A stretch of DNA of 64,000 nt, taken from the NCBI RefSeq assembly GCF_004010195.1, contig NC_057759.1, forward strand, positions 2,213,199 to 2,277,198, written 5' to 3'. The notes under the pieces were generated by a model that saw only the letters and a list, made by a program, of their open reading frames with translations, was not told the DNA's origin and searched no databases. The first letter of the stretch is position 1. Each line of letters opens with the position of its first letter. Positions 10,188 to 22,970 of this stretch are shown piece by piece. This stretch comes from Chiloscyllium plagiosum (lineage: Eukaryota). A program made the translations under genes and the position numbers.

Positions 10188-12701
10188 CCTAGATTTCTTT
10201 GAACAGCCTTTCTTAAATAAAGACGCAATATTAGCCAACCTCCTGTCCTCCAGCATATCACCAATCACTGTTGGTGATAGAAATACTTCTGATAGGGCCC
10301 CCACAATAAATTCCCCAGCTTCCTGCAATGTCCTGGGATTCACTTGATCAGTTCCCAGAGATTTAGCCATCTTTATGTACTTTTACGCCCTCCTGCACCT
10401 CCTTCTGTCATGAGGACTGTTTTCAAGACACCAACATTTATTTCCCCAAGTTTACTAGCCTCCACAGAGGCAGACTGATAACTAAACTCACTATTTGAAT
10501 ATGAGAAACCGATGGGAGAGAATGATAATTACACACTTGTATTCATAAACCAGAATCTGACAGGTGTACATTAGTAACTGCAATCTCATATTCAGAGAAC
10601 AGAATCTGACAGGTACATATTGTTAACAAAACTCACATTCACCTTGCAGAAACTGACAGGTGTAGATTAATAACTACACTTTCTCATTCACCTTGCAAAA
10701 TCTGACAGGTACAGATAGACTCTCACATATTGATGTAGCAGACAGATCAATTGGCACAGCTTAATAACTGCAGTCCTACATTAGCATTGCAGAAAGTAAC
10801 AGATACTGATAACTTTATTCCCATTCACAAATCAGAAACTAGCAGGGACAGATTGATAACTGCATTCCCACATTTTTTTTTGTTTTCTTCATTCCTGGGA
10901 TGTGTGCATCACTTGACTATCCCTCATTCCATGTAGACCAGACCAGGTCAGGATAGCAAGTTTTGTTCCCTAAAGGTTCTGATTTTTTTTTCCCTGAGAA
11001 TTGGCATTAAACTCTTATTTTCAGATTATTATTGAATTAAAATTCCATCCTCTGCTATGATGGTATTTGAACCTGGATGCACAGAACGTTACTCTCTTGA
11101 TTTAATAATCCAGTGATAATATGACCAGGCCCATTGCCTTCCCTATTCACATTCACGTCGCTGAACCTAACAGCTTCACATTGGTAAGTACACTCTCAAA
11201 TTCATAGAGCAGAAACTGACAGGAACAGATCACTAACTGTACGTACACATTCATATTGCAAAAACTGGCAGGTACAGATTGATAATGGTACTCACATTCA
11301 CATAGCAGAAACTGGCTGATACAGATTGTTAACTCAATTTTTACATTCATATTGCAGAAAATGACAGGTATGATTTAATGAATATGTTGACATTTTTACA
11401 AGCAGAAACATTCAGGGATCGATTAATAACTGCAGTCACACAATCATGTAGCAGAAACTGAGAGGCATAGATTGACACCTGCATTCGTGTATTCAGATAG
11501 CAGAAACTGCCAGGCACAGGTGGATAACTACAAGAACTTTCTTATAGCATAAACTAACAGGTAAATATTTATAAACACACTTTCATATTCACAGAGAAAA
11601 AAACACTGTCAAGTACAGTTTGATAACTTCAAAACTACAGAACAGAATCTCACTGGTATATATTGGTAACTACACTCTCTCATTCACTGAGCAGGGATTG
11701 ACAGATGCAGACTGATAGCTACACTGATGCATTCACAACACAAACTTACAGGAACAGGTTGACAAATACCCTCATTCATTCACTTAAAACAAACTGACAG
11801 GTACAGATGGCAATGAAACTCTCATATTCACAGAGCATAAACTGACAAGTCATAAATTGATAACTTTACCCACACATTCATATTTACAGAAACTGACATA
11901 CATATTGCTAAAGGCATTCAGGCATTACCAAATGAGAAAGCTATGGCCAAGTGTTAATATCAGATACAGAGAACCGAAACTGACAGGGATAGATTGGGAA
12001 ATACACACGCACATTCACATAGCAGAAACTGACATATCAATATTGATAACTATATTGGGATGTTCACTTCATAAAGACAGATTGATAACCACACTCTCAT
12101 ATTCACTGAAGCGAAAAGGAGAGTTACAGATGAATAATTACACTCAGGTTCACAACATCAGAAACGGGTAGGAACAGATTGATAACAACATTCACACGTT
12201 CAGATTGCAAAACCTGTCAGTTACAGTTTGATATCAACACTCACATAATCACATCACAGAATCTCACAGGTATATAATGAAAAGTGTATTCACATTCACC
12301 TAGCAGAAATTGACCAGTTCACCCTCACACATTCACACTGCAGAAACTAACATGCATAGATGGATAACTATGCTCAAACATTTACATGACAGAAACAGTC
12401 AGATTGATGACTGCACTCACATATTCACAGAGCAGAATCTGACAGATAGAGATTAATAATTATATTTCAATATTCACAGAGCAGAAACTGACAGGTTTAC
12501 AAATTGACAATCTCATTCACATATTCACAGCACAAATACTGATGAGGAATGATTGATAAATACACTGTCATATTCACCAAGCAGAAACTGTCAGATACAG
12601 ATGGATAGCTATATTTACGTATTCGTAAGCCAGAGTCTGGGTCCAGGTTGACAACTAAACTCACATATTGAAATAGCAGAAACTGCCAAGTAGAGACTGA
12701 T

Positions 12702-12921
12702 GTGTTGAAACTTTATTGCTGGAACAGCACAGCAGGTCAGGCAGCATCCAGGGAACAGGAGATTCGACGTTTCGGGCACAGGCCCTTCTTCAGGAATGAA
12801 GAAGGGCCTGTGCCCGAAACGTCGAATCTCCTGTTCCCTGGATGCTGCCTGACCTGCTGTGCTGTTCCAGCAATAAAGTTTCAACTTTGATCTCCAGCAT
12901 TTGCAGACCTCACTTTCTCCT
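12702..12921. mobile_element. Palindromic PLE-derived mini-element with hammerhead (second family)
   Basis: Perfect 89-bp inverted arms 12704-12792 / 12797-12885, loop GGAA; minus strand attc-CTGAAGA-a-GGGCctgtGCCC-GAAA-CG-TC-gaat; 16-bp TSD CCAAGTAGAGACTGAT at 12686-12701 and 12922-12937. Confidence 0.88.
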
Positions 12922-15900
12922 CCAAGTAGAGACTGATAACAACCCACACATTCTCATAGCTCAAACTGCTAGGTCCTGGTTTGTAACTACACTGACATTC
13001 AGATCTAAAAACTGATAAGTACAGATTAATAACTATGTTCTCAGATACACAGAGGTGACACTGACAGAGACAGATTGCTAATTACACTCTCATAGTCACA
13101 TAACAGGAACTGACAGGAACAGATTAATAACAACAGCCACACTTTCACATAGCATCAACTCACAGGAACAGATTGATAACTACACTCAGTTTCACACATC
13201 AGAATCTGACAGGTACATTTTGATAACTGCATTCACACATTGCCTCGGCAGAGGCTGATCAGCATAGATTCAAACCTGTGCTCACATATTCACAATGCAG
13301 AAACTGACAGATACAGTCCCATATATGCAGAGAAAGGTTTCTGACAAGTACAATTTAATAAGGACACTCAAATATTCACAAGGCAGAATCTTACATGCAT
13401 ATATTGATAATAACACGCACATTCACCTTGCGGAAACTGACAGGGAAAGATTGATAAATACGCTCACACATTCATATTGCACAGACTGACGGGGACGGTT
13501 GTTTATATAATTCTCTTACTTGCACAGCAGAACTGGTCCAGAATAAAATGACAATTACATATAATATTCAACAAGCAAAACGGACAGGAATAGATTGGTA
13601 TGTACATTTACATATTCACACAGCAAAATCTGACAGGGACTAGCCAAAACCAAACTGTCAGATACACTCCTAACAGGAACTGTCAGGTACAGACTGATCA
13701 ATGCATTCACAAAACCAAAACTTGAGAGTAACAGATTGATAACCAAACACTCTAATTAACAGAGCAGAGCCTGATAGGGAAAGAATAATACCCTCTTGGT
13801 TTCACATTGCAGGGACGGATATCGTCACATTGATGAATACACCCACATTCACAGAGCGGACATGGATAGGTACAGATTGATAACGACACACACAGATTCA
13901 CGTAACAAACTGGCCTGGACAAATTGATAACTGCAATTGAATATTCGCACAGCAGAATCTGAGAGTCATAGACTAAAACCTGCACTTTCCTCACTGATAG
14001 GTACTGATAGGTACAGGTTGATAATTACAATCATACATTCACATTGCAGTAATTAACAGGGGCATGTTGATGACACTCACTTGGTCACATGACAAAACTG
14101 ACGCGGAGAGACAGAAAGTGACGGTCACATTCACACAGCACAATCTGACAGTTACAGATTAATATAAACATTCTTGGATGAACAGAACAGAAACAGAAAG
14201 GGACAGGCTGGTGAGTAAACTCACACATTCATATTATAGAGACCGGCAGGTATATTATTAGTAGCTATATATTGATATTATGTAGCTAAAGCTGTAGGTA
14301 AACATGGACAACTACATTCACATATTCATACAGAAGAACTTGATAGGAACAAATTGAAAACTGCATTTGTATATCCACAAACCCAGAGACTGACAGGACA
14401 GATTGGTCCCTAAATTCACAGATTGATACAGCAGAAACTGTCAGTTAGAGACAGATAACAATACTAACATTCTCATAGCTGAAACTGTCAGAGACAGGTT
14501 CATAACTAAACTTACACACTCACATCCCAAAAACTGACAGGTACAGAGTAGTACATACATTCACACATTCACAAACCAGAAACTGACAAAGACAGATTGG
14601 TAAGTACACTCATGTATGCATTTCGCAGTAAATGTCAGAGAAAGATTGATAACTGCACTGTCATATCCACAATGCAGAAACTGATAGGTGCAGATTGATA
14701 ATAACACTACCAGATGCATGTAGCATAAACTGACAGGGATAGAAGGATAATTACACGTAAATTGACAGGTACAGTTTGATCAAGGTATTCACACATCAAA
14801 AACAGGTTAATAACTGGACTCTCAGATTCTAGAACAGAACTTGGCAGGTACAGATCGATAACTGCATTCACATACTCATTAAAGAATCTGACAGGTACAG
14901 ATTGATATGGACAGCAGAAACTGGTAGACATAGATTGATACCTGGACTCAGCAAAAACTGAGAAGCACTGGGTGATTAAAAATAGTTAACACATTCACCG
15001 AGCAGAAAGTGACAGATACACTTTGATAACAATGCTCTCATAATCACATAGCAGGGATAGATTGGTAACTACATTCAAATACTCAGAGAGCAGAAAATAA
15101 CATAAACAAATTTACAACAAACTTACATATACACAGAGCAGAATCTGACTAGATCATATTGATGACTACACCTACGCATTCACCAAGCAGGAACTAAGTG
15201 TTATAGATCAACAACTAAATTGACATCGCAGAAACTGAGAGGCCAAGATCGGAATGTGCACTCGTATGTTTGCAACAGAAAATGACAGTCATAGCTTGAT
15301 AACTACACACTGATTTTCACATAATGGTGACTGAGAAATGCATCTTAATAACTGCAGTCACACATTCTCATTGCAGTAACTGACATGGACATATTGGCTA
15401 CGGATTACATTGACAGGTAGAGACTGATAGCAACAGTCACATAAGGAAGTGACAGGTGCAGATTGATAAACACACACATATTCAAAGAGCAGAATATGAC
15501 AGGTAAAGAATTGACAACTACACTCAAGTGTTGACAACAAAGAAACTGACAGAAACGGAATACAACAACCACAATCTCAATGCTGAAACTGACAAGTATA
15601 AGTTGATAACTACATTCTCATATTCACAAAACAGAAAGTGACCAGAACAGATTAATAATAACACTCCTGGTTTCACATATCCAAATGTACCTCTCAGGTT
15701 TTGATAACTACACTCACACTCGCCAAGCAGGAATTGACAGTGATAGATCAATAATTAAATTCACATTATGACACAGCAGAAACTGAGAGGAATACACTGG
15801 CACCTGCATTCATACATTCACATAGCAGAAAATGACAGGCATAGATGGGTAGTCACACCCGCACAGAAGAAACTGACTAGAACAGGTTAACAGCTATATT

Positions 15901-17140
15901 TCAATATTTGCATATTAGAAACTGTCAGTTATGGATTGATACCTAAACTTTCACCTTCACGCAGCACAAACTGACAGGTACAGGTCAGTAATGGCCCTCA
16001 CCACTTTACTGAGCAGAAGCTGGCAAGTACAGATTGATATTCATATCTCGGGTATTCATATAGCAGAAGCTGACAGGAAAAGTTGATAACCACAATCACT
16101 CATTCATTGAACAGAAATGTTGTTGTAACTGAATAACCAGACATTCACATTTGTATAACAGAAAGTATCAGGTACAGTTTGATAACCACACTCCCAGCTT
16201 CACATTGCAAAACCTGACAGGTACAGGTAAAGAATAAGACTGTCACATTCACACAGCAGAAACCACCAATGACACTTTGATAACTGCATTTATACATTCA
16301 CTCCACAGAAACTGTCAGGTACAGATTTATAAATACACTTTCATATTCATATTGTAGAAACAGACAGGTAGAGACTGATTGCTATTCTTTTATATTCACA
16401 TGATAGTAACTGGCAGGGACAGACTGATAACCATATTCCCATTTTCACGTAGAGGTGGAGAGGGATAGGGCAAACTAACCCTCAAAAAACCTGCAACTCT
16501 GAACAGCAAGTATAGTTCACAATGTAATCCAGAAAAGACAGTCAGTGGGACAACTAAATAAAATACTTATGAACAAGAGATTGCCATGAGCCGAATAAAA
16601 TAGTAGTTACAATTAAAATTGTCAAAAGTACTGTGTTCAAATAGCTGTAATTGACAAAAGGCAGCTCAGAGTGAGTACAACTGACTTGTCAGCAATAAAA
16701 GATAACAGCAAATCCAGATAAAATTGTCAATTCTGTAATTTTGTGGATGTATCAGAAAGTGACAAGCTCTGTTAATTACAGCTGGTACAGAGGACATGCT
16801 AGGCTAGAAACACACCCCTGCACTTCTACATCATCGTAACAACGAGCAAAAGTTAGAGAGCCAACACCACAGTCACTTTCTGTGTCACAGATTAAAAAGC
16901 AAATCTCCCTCAGTCAGAATGAGAGGGTCAGAATCCACTGCTACTTCACATGTCGTTGCAGACACTGAATCCCACACTGGCCCGTCACAGAGATATTAAA
17001 CAAAAATGTTTGACTGTTGCATAAACTACCCAATCAGTGACTGTTCTTTCCCCCATCCTTCATTGCTGCCGCCGTCAGTCGAGAAAGAACGGGCTCCGAG
17101 GCCGCTTTCCCTTATTCTGTATCTGAGAGTGAGCGGCGCT

Positions 17141-17319
<179 letters not shown>

Positions 17320-17354
17320 GGGACCGCACTGCACTGAAACACACACATCCACAA

Positions 17355-17402
17355 CCCAAAGGCTCTTATAAGAGCCACCCACAATTTTCCTGAAACGGCT
17401 GA
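17355..17402 (+). terminator. Histone mRNA 3' stem-loop and degenerate downstream element
   Basis: CCAAA-GGCTCT-TATA-AGAGCC-ACCCA (stem-loop 17361-17376), followed by GAAACGGCTG. Confidence 0.9.
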
Positions 17403-17679
17403 ACCATTATGTTTTTGAGTATGTACAATTAATGTCTATGATAATTGTGTTTTGTAAATGTTCTATAAATTACTGAGTGATCGCTGACCCTATGTGTGCC
17501 TTATTCTCTGATGTGTTCTTACATGTTATGTCAAGACGTTAGAACACTTAGGTTAAAATCCACCCGATTTACACAGTTCCACATTGTCCTTGAACTGATG
17601 AAGACTGAGCCTCCACCCGGGCCGAGTACAGCTCTTGCCTGAGGCAGTCCAGAGAGCAAGAAGCTCTCCTTCGATAAAA

Positions 17680-17815
17680 CAAAACAAAGAATGTGGATGC
17701 TGGAAATCGGACCCAGGGAAAACCACAAACAGCTAGAGAAACACAGCAGGTCTAGCAGCACCTGTGGAGAGCGAAACAGTGTGAATGTTTCAGGTCCAGT
17801 GACCCTTCTTCAAAC
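17680..17815 (-). mobile_element. Decayed PLE-type pLTR fragment
   Basis: GGATGCTGGAAATC..CAGCAGGTCTAGCAGCA..TTTCAGGTCCAGTGACCCTTCTTCA; degenerate hammerhead on minus. Confidence 0.55.
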
Positions 17816-19294
17816 TCTCCATAAGTGCCTTTGAACTGAGCACTTTGAGAATGAACCCATCTCTGAACAGTCGCAAACTGACCATCCATCCAACAGGGGG
17901 CAGTTTACATTCCCTTGGAGCCAGGCTCCCGTAACGGAGGAGCTTCGTCCCATGATCAAACCTTTTACTGTGCGGGTATCGGGAATTCTGAATGTTCCAA
18001 AGCCTTTTCCACTTCACCGCAACTTTATTGAAAGATCGTCACGTGGGAATAACTGCTCAATTAGCGCACAGCAAGATCCCACAAGTAGGAAGGTGACAAC
18101 GCTGCGGACTGGATGTGTGCGTATCGCATTGATGGCTCAGGGTCCTTGTTACAGGGCCCTGGGAGAAGTCCCTGACTCCACCCACTTTTCCCCGGATAGT
18201 GGCAGTGGGATCTTTTACACCCACCCAAGAGGGCAGACAGAACCTCATAATAACGGTAGGCAATGCAGATTCAGGTATATATTCAAAACGCCGATGGTGT
18301 ACAATGAAAATTTGTTTTATCCTCAAACAGCCAGTCAGATATCAGTGTGTAAACCTTGCATTGAAAAGCTACATTAAATACCAATGAGCTACCAGGAGCC
18401 TATCAACCTTTTGGTACTGATATTCTATCCTTGATTATTGCTGCCTCATGGTTATCTGATCTGCAGCGACAGTTTGACTGGCTGTATCAATCCCCCAGTC
18501 AGTGAGTTACAGCTGAAGACTGGCTAAACATTTGGAACATTCATAGTTGACTCCACAGCCCAGTAACACTATCTACTTACCTTGTACTGACCCTTGGACA
18601 TGTGGGGCTCCCTCAGCACTGACATTCCAATGGCGTGGCACAACCTCAGCACTGACTGTCCAATGGCGCATCACTCCGTGGAATAATTTTTAAAAATCTT
18701 TATGTCCTGGTGAACAGCAGTGTTTTTCCCTTCTGAGGGCAGTTAAGTGTCATCCATGTGACAGTGGAACGAGAGTCACAGGAAACAATATTGTGTGTAA
18801 TCTGGATCTCTGATAGTCTGAGCAAGTGAAGGGGCTGCATTGTTCCTAGTGCTGTCTGCAGGCCTGGGAAGTTGGGGCCATGCAGGAGAAAGTGACTGAG
18901 GAGGTTCATATCACTAAGAAGACTTGATCAGATGAAGATTGCTGCTGGCTGACTGTGTAGGGGAGATGAATGAACAAGATGAGGTTCCTCAGTAACTGCT
19001 GAGTGATTTTTGTTCACTGTTACTGACCATTTCCAATATATTCAAACACCAGTGAGTACATGAATACAGTTAGTCCATTGCTAGGTCAGAATTTCAGACA
19101 CAGCTTGCCACAATGTAGCAATACTATATGTATGACAATCAAAACTTTGTACATGCACTACCCAGGGCCTAGTTCCCTGGAGACAAAAAGGAGATTTTGG
19201 TCATGCAATGTGGCTTTCACAAAGGAACAAAATGGCTGGGACTAATTTGGTAGTTCCTAAGCCCATAGGAAATGGGAAGAAGTGTAGGCCATTT

Positions 19295-19617
19295 GGGTGG
19301 CATGGTGACTCAGTGGTTAGCACTGGTGCCTCACAGCACCAGTGACCCGAGTTCAATTCCCGCCTCAGGCAACTGTCTGTGTGGAGTTTGCACATTCTCC
19401 CTGTGTCTGCGTGGGTTTCCTCTGGGTGCTCCGGTTTCCTCCCACAGTCCAAACATGTGCAGGTTAGGTGAATTGGCCATGCTAAATTGCCCGTGGTTTA
19501 GGTGAAGGGGTAAATGTAGGGGAATGGGTCTGGGTGGGTTGCTCTTCGGAGGGTAGGTATGGACTTGTTAGGCTGAAGGGCCTGCTTCTACACTGTAAGT
19601 AATTTAATCTAATCTAA
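19295..19617 (+). mobile_element. HE1 / V-SINE, full length
   Basis: A and B boxes, V-domain, (TAATC)n tail. Confidence 0.92.
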
Positions 19618-20509
19618 TTTGGCCGCTTGGGCCTGCTCCGATTCAGTAGGATCATGGCTGATCTGATATTCCTGATGTCCACTTTCCTGCCCTTTCCCTT
19701 GATTTCCCAAACTGTCTCAGCCTTCAACATACACAAGGACTCTGGTCCCCACAGCTGCCTGTGGCAATGAGTTACAAAGACTCACAACCCCTGAGGGAGG
19801 AAATTCCTCCTCATCTCATACTTAAATCTGCATTATTTTATCCTGTGGCTGTGCTCTGCGCTTTACTAGAACAACACCCTGACCAATTAATGTTGTGGAA
19901 AAATGAAGCAATATTTGATATTTGAAGTCAATCTGCATCAGTGGCTGCATTCTCAATTGCAACACCTTTTCCAACCATAATCCATTTGGTAAGCAATCAA
20001 CACTGTCCTCTCCTGCAGGATGAATATTGTACTTCTTCAGAATTGCCCTCAACACTACATGAGCATTGTCTTTGAGGATGTGTGAAATTTATTTGGAAAC
20101 ACTAAGACATTGTTGCTAAAGGAAATCAGAGGTGTTAAAACCTGGCTATATTTATAAAGAAAAATCACAGAAACACAGAAGGTAGGGGCAGGAGTAGGCC
20201 ATTTGGCCCCCTCGAGGCAGCTTCGCCATTCAGTAGGATTGTGGCTGATCATTGAGCTCAATTCCTGAATTCTGTATACACCCCAATCCGCATCCTTTGG
20301 TCCCTTCAACCACAAAAGCGATATCTACCCCCTTCTTGAAAACACAATGGTTTGGCCTCAGCTACTTTCTGTGGGAGTAAATCCCACAGGCTCTTCACTG
20401 GGTGAAGACATTTCTCCTCAGTTCTGAAAGGTTTATTCCTTGTCCTAATGCTTGTGGAATCCCGTCGGTCATTGGGAACATCTTTCCTGCTTCCGAAGTC
20501 CTGTTCGAA

Positions 20510-21470
20510 TGTTTTTAAAATAGGATCCCTACAATGTAGAAACAGGCCCTTCAGCTAAACAAGTCCACACCGAGCCTCCGAAGAGTAACCAACCCAGACC
20601 CATTCCCCTACACTGTATTTCCTCCTGACTAATGCACCTAACCAAGAATTTGGAGGAGCCACTGGGGCTGACAATTTTGAAGATAACGTATCACCAGGTT
20701 ATGATCCAACAGCTTTATTTGTAAGCACTAGCTTTTGGAATGCTGCTCCTTCATCAGGTGGTTGTGGAGTACAATGTTATAAGACACTGAATTTATAGCA
20801 GAAGATTACAGGGTCATGCAGTGATATATTGAGCAAACTGAATTATTAAGTCTTCCATTTTTTTGGAATGTGTGCAAGTTTCGGTTCAATGCGGACAGTC
20901 AATACATGTAATATTTTGTAAAGTCCACTTTGGAAATAGAACCAACCTGGCTCAGGATTGGGATACAAACAGACTATCATCTGAGCTGAAATGTCACTTT
21001 TTGAATTAAAACATTAAGTTACCTTGAGAAGGTGATTTAAAAGAAGTTCTCAGATTTGCTTATTAATGAACTGAAACTTGCAACCCATTCTAAAGATGAA
21101 AGACTGAATCCAGATTTATTTAATTTATTACTGTATGACACTGTCGTCGTTTGCTATCAATTTTGTGTCTTATGATCCTGATTCACCACTACCTGCTGAA
21201 GGAGCAACGCAGTGAAAGCTAGTGCTTCCAAATAAATCTGTTGGACCATAATCTGGTGCGTGATTTTTAACTTTGTGCACCTAACGTACACATCTCTGAA
21301 CACCATAGGTAATTTAGCATAACCAATTCACCTAACCTGTACAGCTTTGGATTGTGGGAGAAACCCACGCAGATATGGGGGAATATGCAAACTCCAAACA
21401 GATATTGCCCGAGGCTAGAATCGAACCTGGTCACTGGCACTTTGAGGCAGCAGTGCTATACAATGTGCTG
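20510..21470 (-). mobile_element. HE1 SINE split by a PLE insertion
   Basis: SINE 3' part ~20510-20642 and 5' part ~21276-21470 are contiguous once the insert is removed. Confidence 0.8.
20643..21275. mobile_element. Older, longer member of the 9989-10187 PLE family with inverted hammerhead-bearing ends
   Basis: Ends CACCAGGTTATGATCCAACAG..TCCTTCATCAGGTG and CCTGCTGAAGGAGC..GAAAGCTAGTG..GATTTTTAAC; TSD TGCACCTAAC at 20633-20642 and 21276-21285. Confidence 0.75.
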
Positions 21471-21604
21471 CAACTTCTCATTCATCTAAACTCCAGCAAA
21501 TATAATCTGAGCTGACTTGATCTCTTTTGTATATCAGTCCTGCCATTTCAGGAATCAATCTAGTAAATGTTTCCTGCATGCCCACTAGAGCAAGAACATC
21601 CTTA

Positions 21605-21990
21605 GCACAGTGGCTCAATCATTAGCACTACTGCCACAGAGCACTAGGGACCTGGTTTCAATTCCCGCCTCAAGTGACTGTCTGCTTATGGGTGGCATGG
21701 TGGCTCAGTGGTTAGCACTGCTGCCTAAGGGTGCCAGGTTCGATTCCAGCCTTGTGCAATTGTCTGTGTGGAGTTTGCACATTCTCCCCGTGTCTGCGTG
21801 GGTTTCCTCTGGTTTCCGCCCATAGTCCAAGGATGTGCAGGTCAGGTGAATTGGCCATGCTAAAATTGCCCATAGTGTTAGGTGCTCTAGTTAGAGGGAA
21901 ATGGGTCTGGGTGGGTTACTCTTCGGAGGGTTGTTGTGGACTTGTTTGGCCGAACGGCCTGTTTCCACACTGTGTGGAATGTAATCTAAT
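21605..21990 (+). mobile_element. HE1 / V-SINE with duplicated head
   Basis: Two consecutive A/B-box heads (~21605, ~21690), then V-domain and tail. Confidence 0.85.
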
Positions 21991-22139
21991 CCTTCCTCAG
22001 GGAAGGAGGCAAAGACTGTACTCAATCTTCCAACCATGGCCTCAGCAATGCACTGTACAACTGCAGCAAGACTTCCCTGCTCATGTACTCTAATCCTCTC
22101 AACATGAAGGCCAATACGCAGTTTCTTTGCTGTCTCCTG

Positions 22140-22970
22140 CATCGGGACCTGGGTGGAATTTATCCAGTTAATGTAGGCTTCTGGGGAGTGTTGCTGAACA
22201 AAAAGACCTAGGGGTATAGGTGCATAGTTCCTTGAAAGTGGAGTTGTACATTGACAAGGTGGTAAAGAAGGTGTTTGGCAGACTTGCTTTCTTCGGTCAG
22301 AATGCTGGGTGTCACATTGTGGCTGTAAAGTTATTGGTGAGGCTGCGTTTAGAATATTGTATACAATTCTGATCTCCCTGCTCTGGGGAGGATGTTGTTA
22401 AACATGAAAGGCTTCAGAAAAAACTGGCAGGGTTGAAGGGTTCGAGCTATAGGGAGGAGCTGAATAGAGTGGAGTTTTTTCGCTTGGAGTATCAGAGGCT
22501 GAGGGGCAACAAGGATCAGGAACAGGCCCTTCGGCCCTCCAAGCCTGTGCCAACACATTTTGTCATTCCATACTAAAACTGTCTTCACTTACAGGATACA
22601 TATCCCTTCATAGATGTTTGTAAAATCATGAGGGACATGGATAGTGTTAACAGCCAAAGTCTTTTTTCTTGGAAAAGGGGAGTCTGAATTTAGAGGCCAA
22701 CAGTTTAAGACTGGAGAGGAAATATTTAAAACGACCTAAGGGGCAATTTTTTCAGGCAGTGCATAGTGACTGTATGGAATGAGCTACCCGAGGAAGTGGT
22801 GGAAATGGTTAAAATTATGACATTTAAAAGGCTTCTACATGGGTACATGAACAGAAAGGATTTCAAGGGATATGGGCCAAATGCTAGTCAATGGAACTGG
22901 ATCAGTTTAGGATATTTGGTCAGCGTGGATGAGTTGGATCAAAGGGTCTGTTTCTGTGCTGTATAACTCT
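22140..22970 (+). mobile_element. CR1 LINE 3' fragment
   Basis: VWNELPEEVVE..FKRLL.GYMNRK motif and CR1 3' UTR. Confidence 0.85.

Larger units (their letters stand above)
8720..16450 (+). repeat. Diverged ~47-50 bp minisatellite array 2
   Basis: Roughly a hundred or more degenerate GCAGAAACTGACAGGTACAGATTGATAAC units, interrupted by CR1 pieces (~8895-9350, ~9940-10460) and PLE palindromes. Confidence 0.92.

Noticed and set aside
12702..12921. DNA-transposon MITE or miRNA precursor reading of the palindromes
   Set aside because: Long variable TSDs (13-16 bp), a one-sided tail and hammerhead cores fit Penelope retroelements better
8720..16450. CRISPR array or Ig switch region
   Set aside because: Whole units are degenerate copies with no constant repeat plus unique spacer; no cas genes; vertebrate context; not G-rich or AGCT-rich like switch repeats
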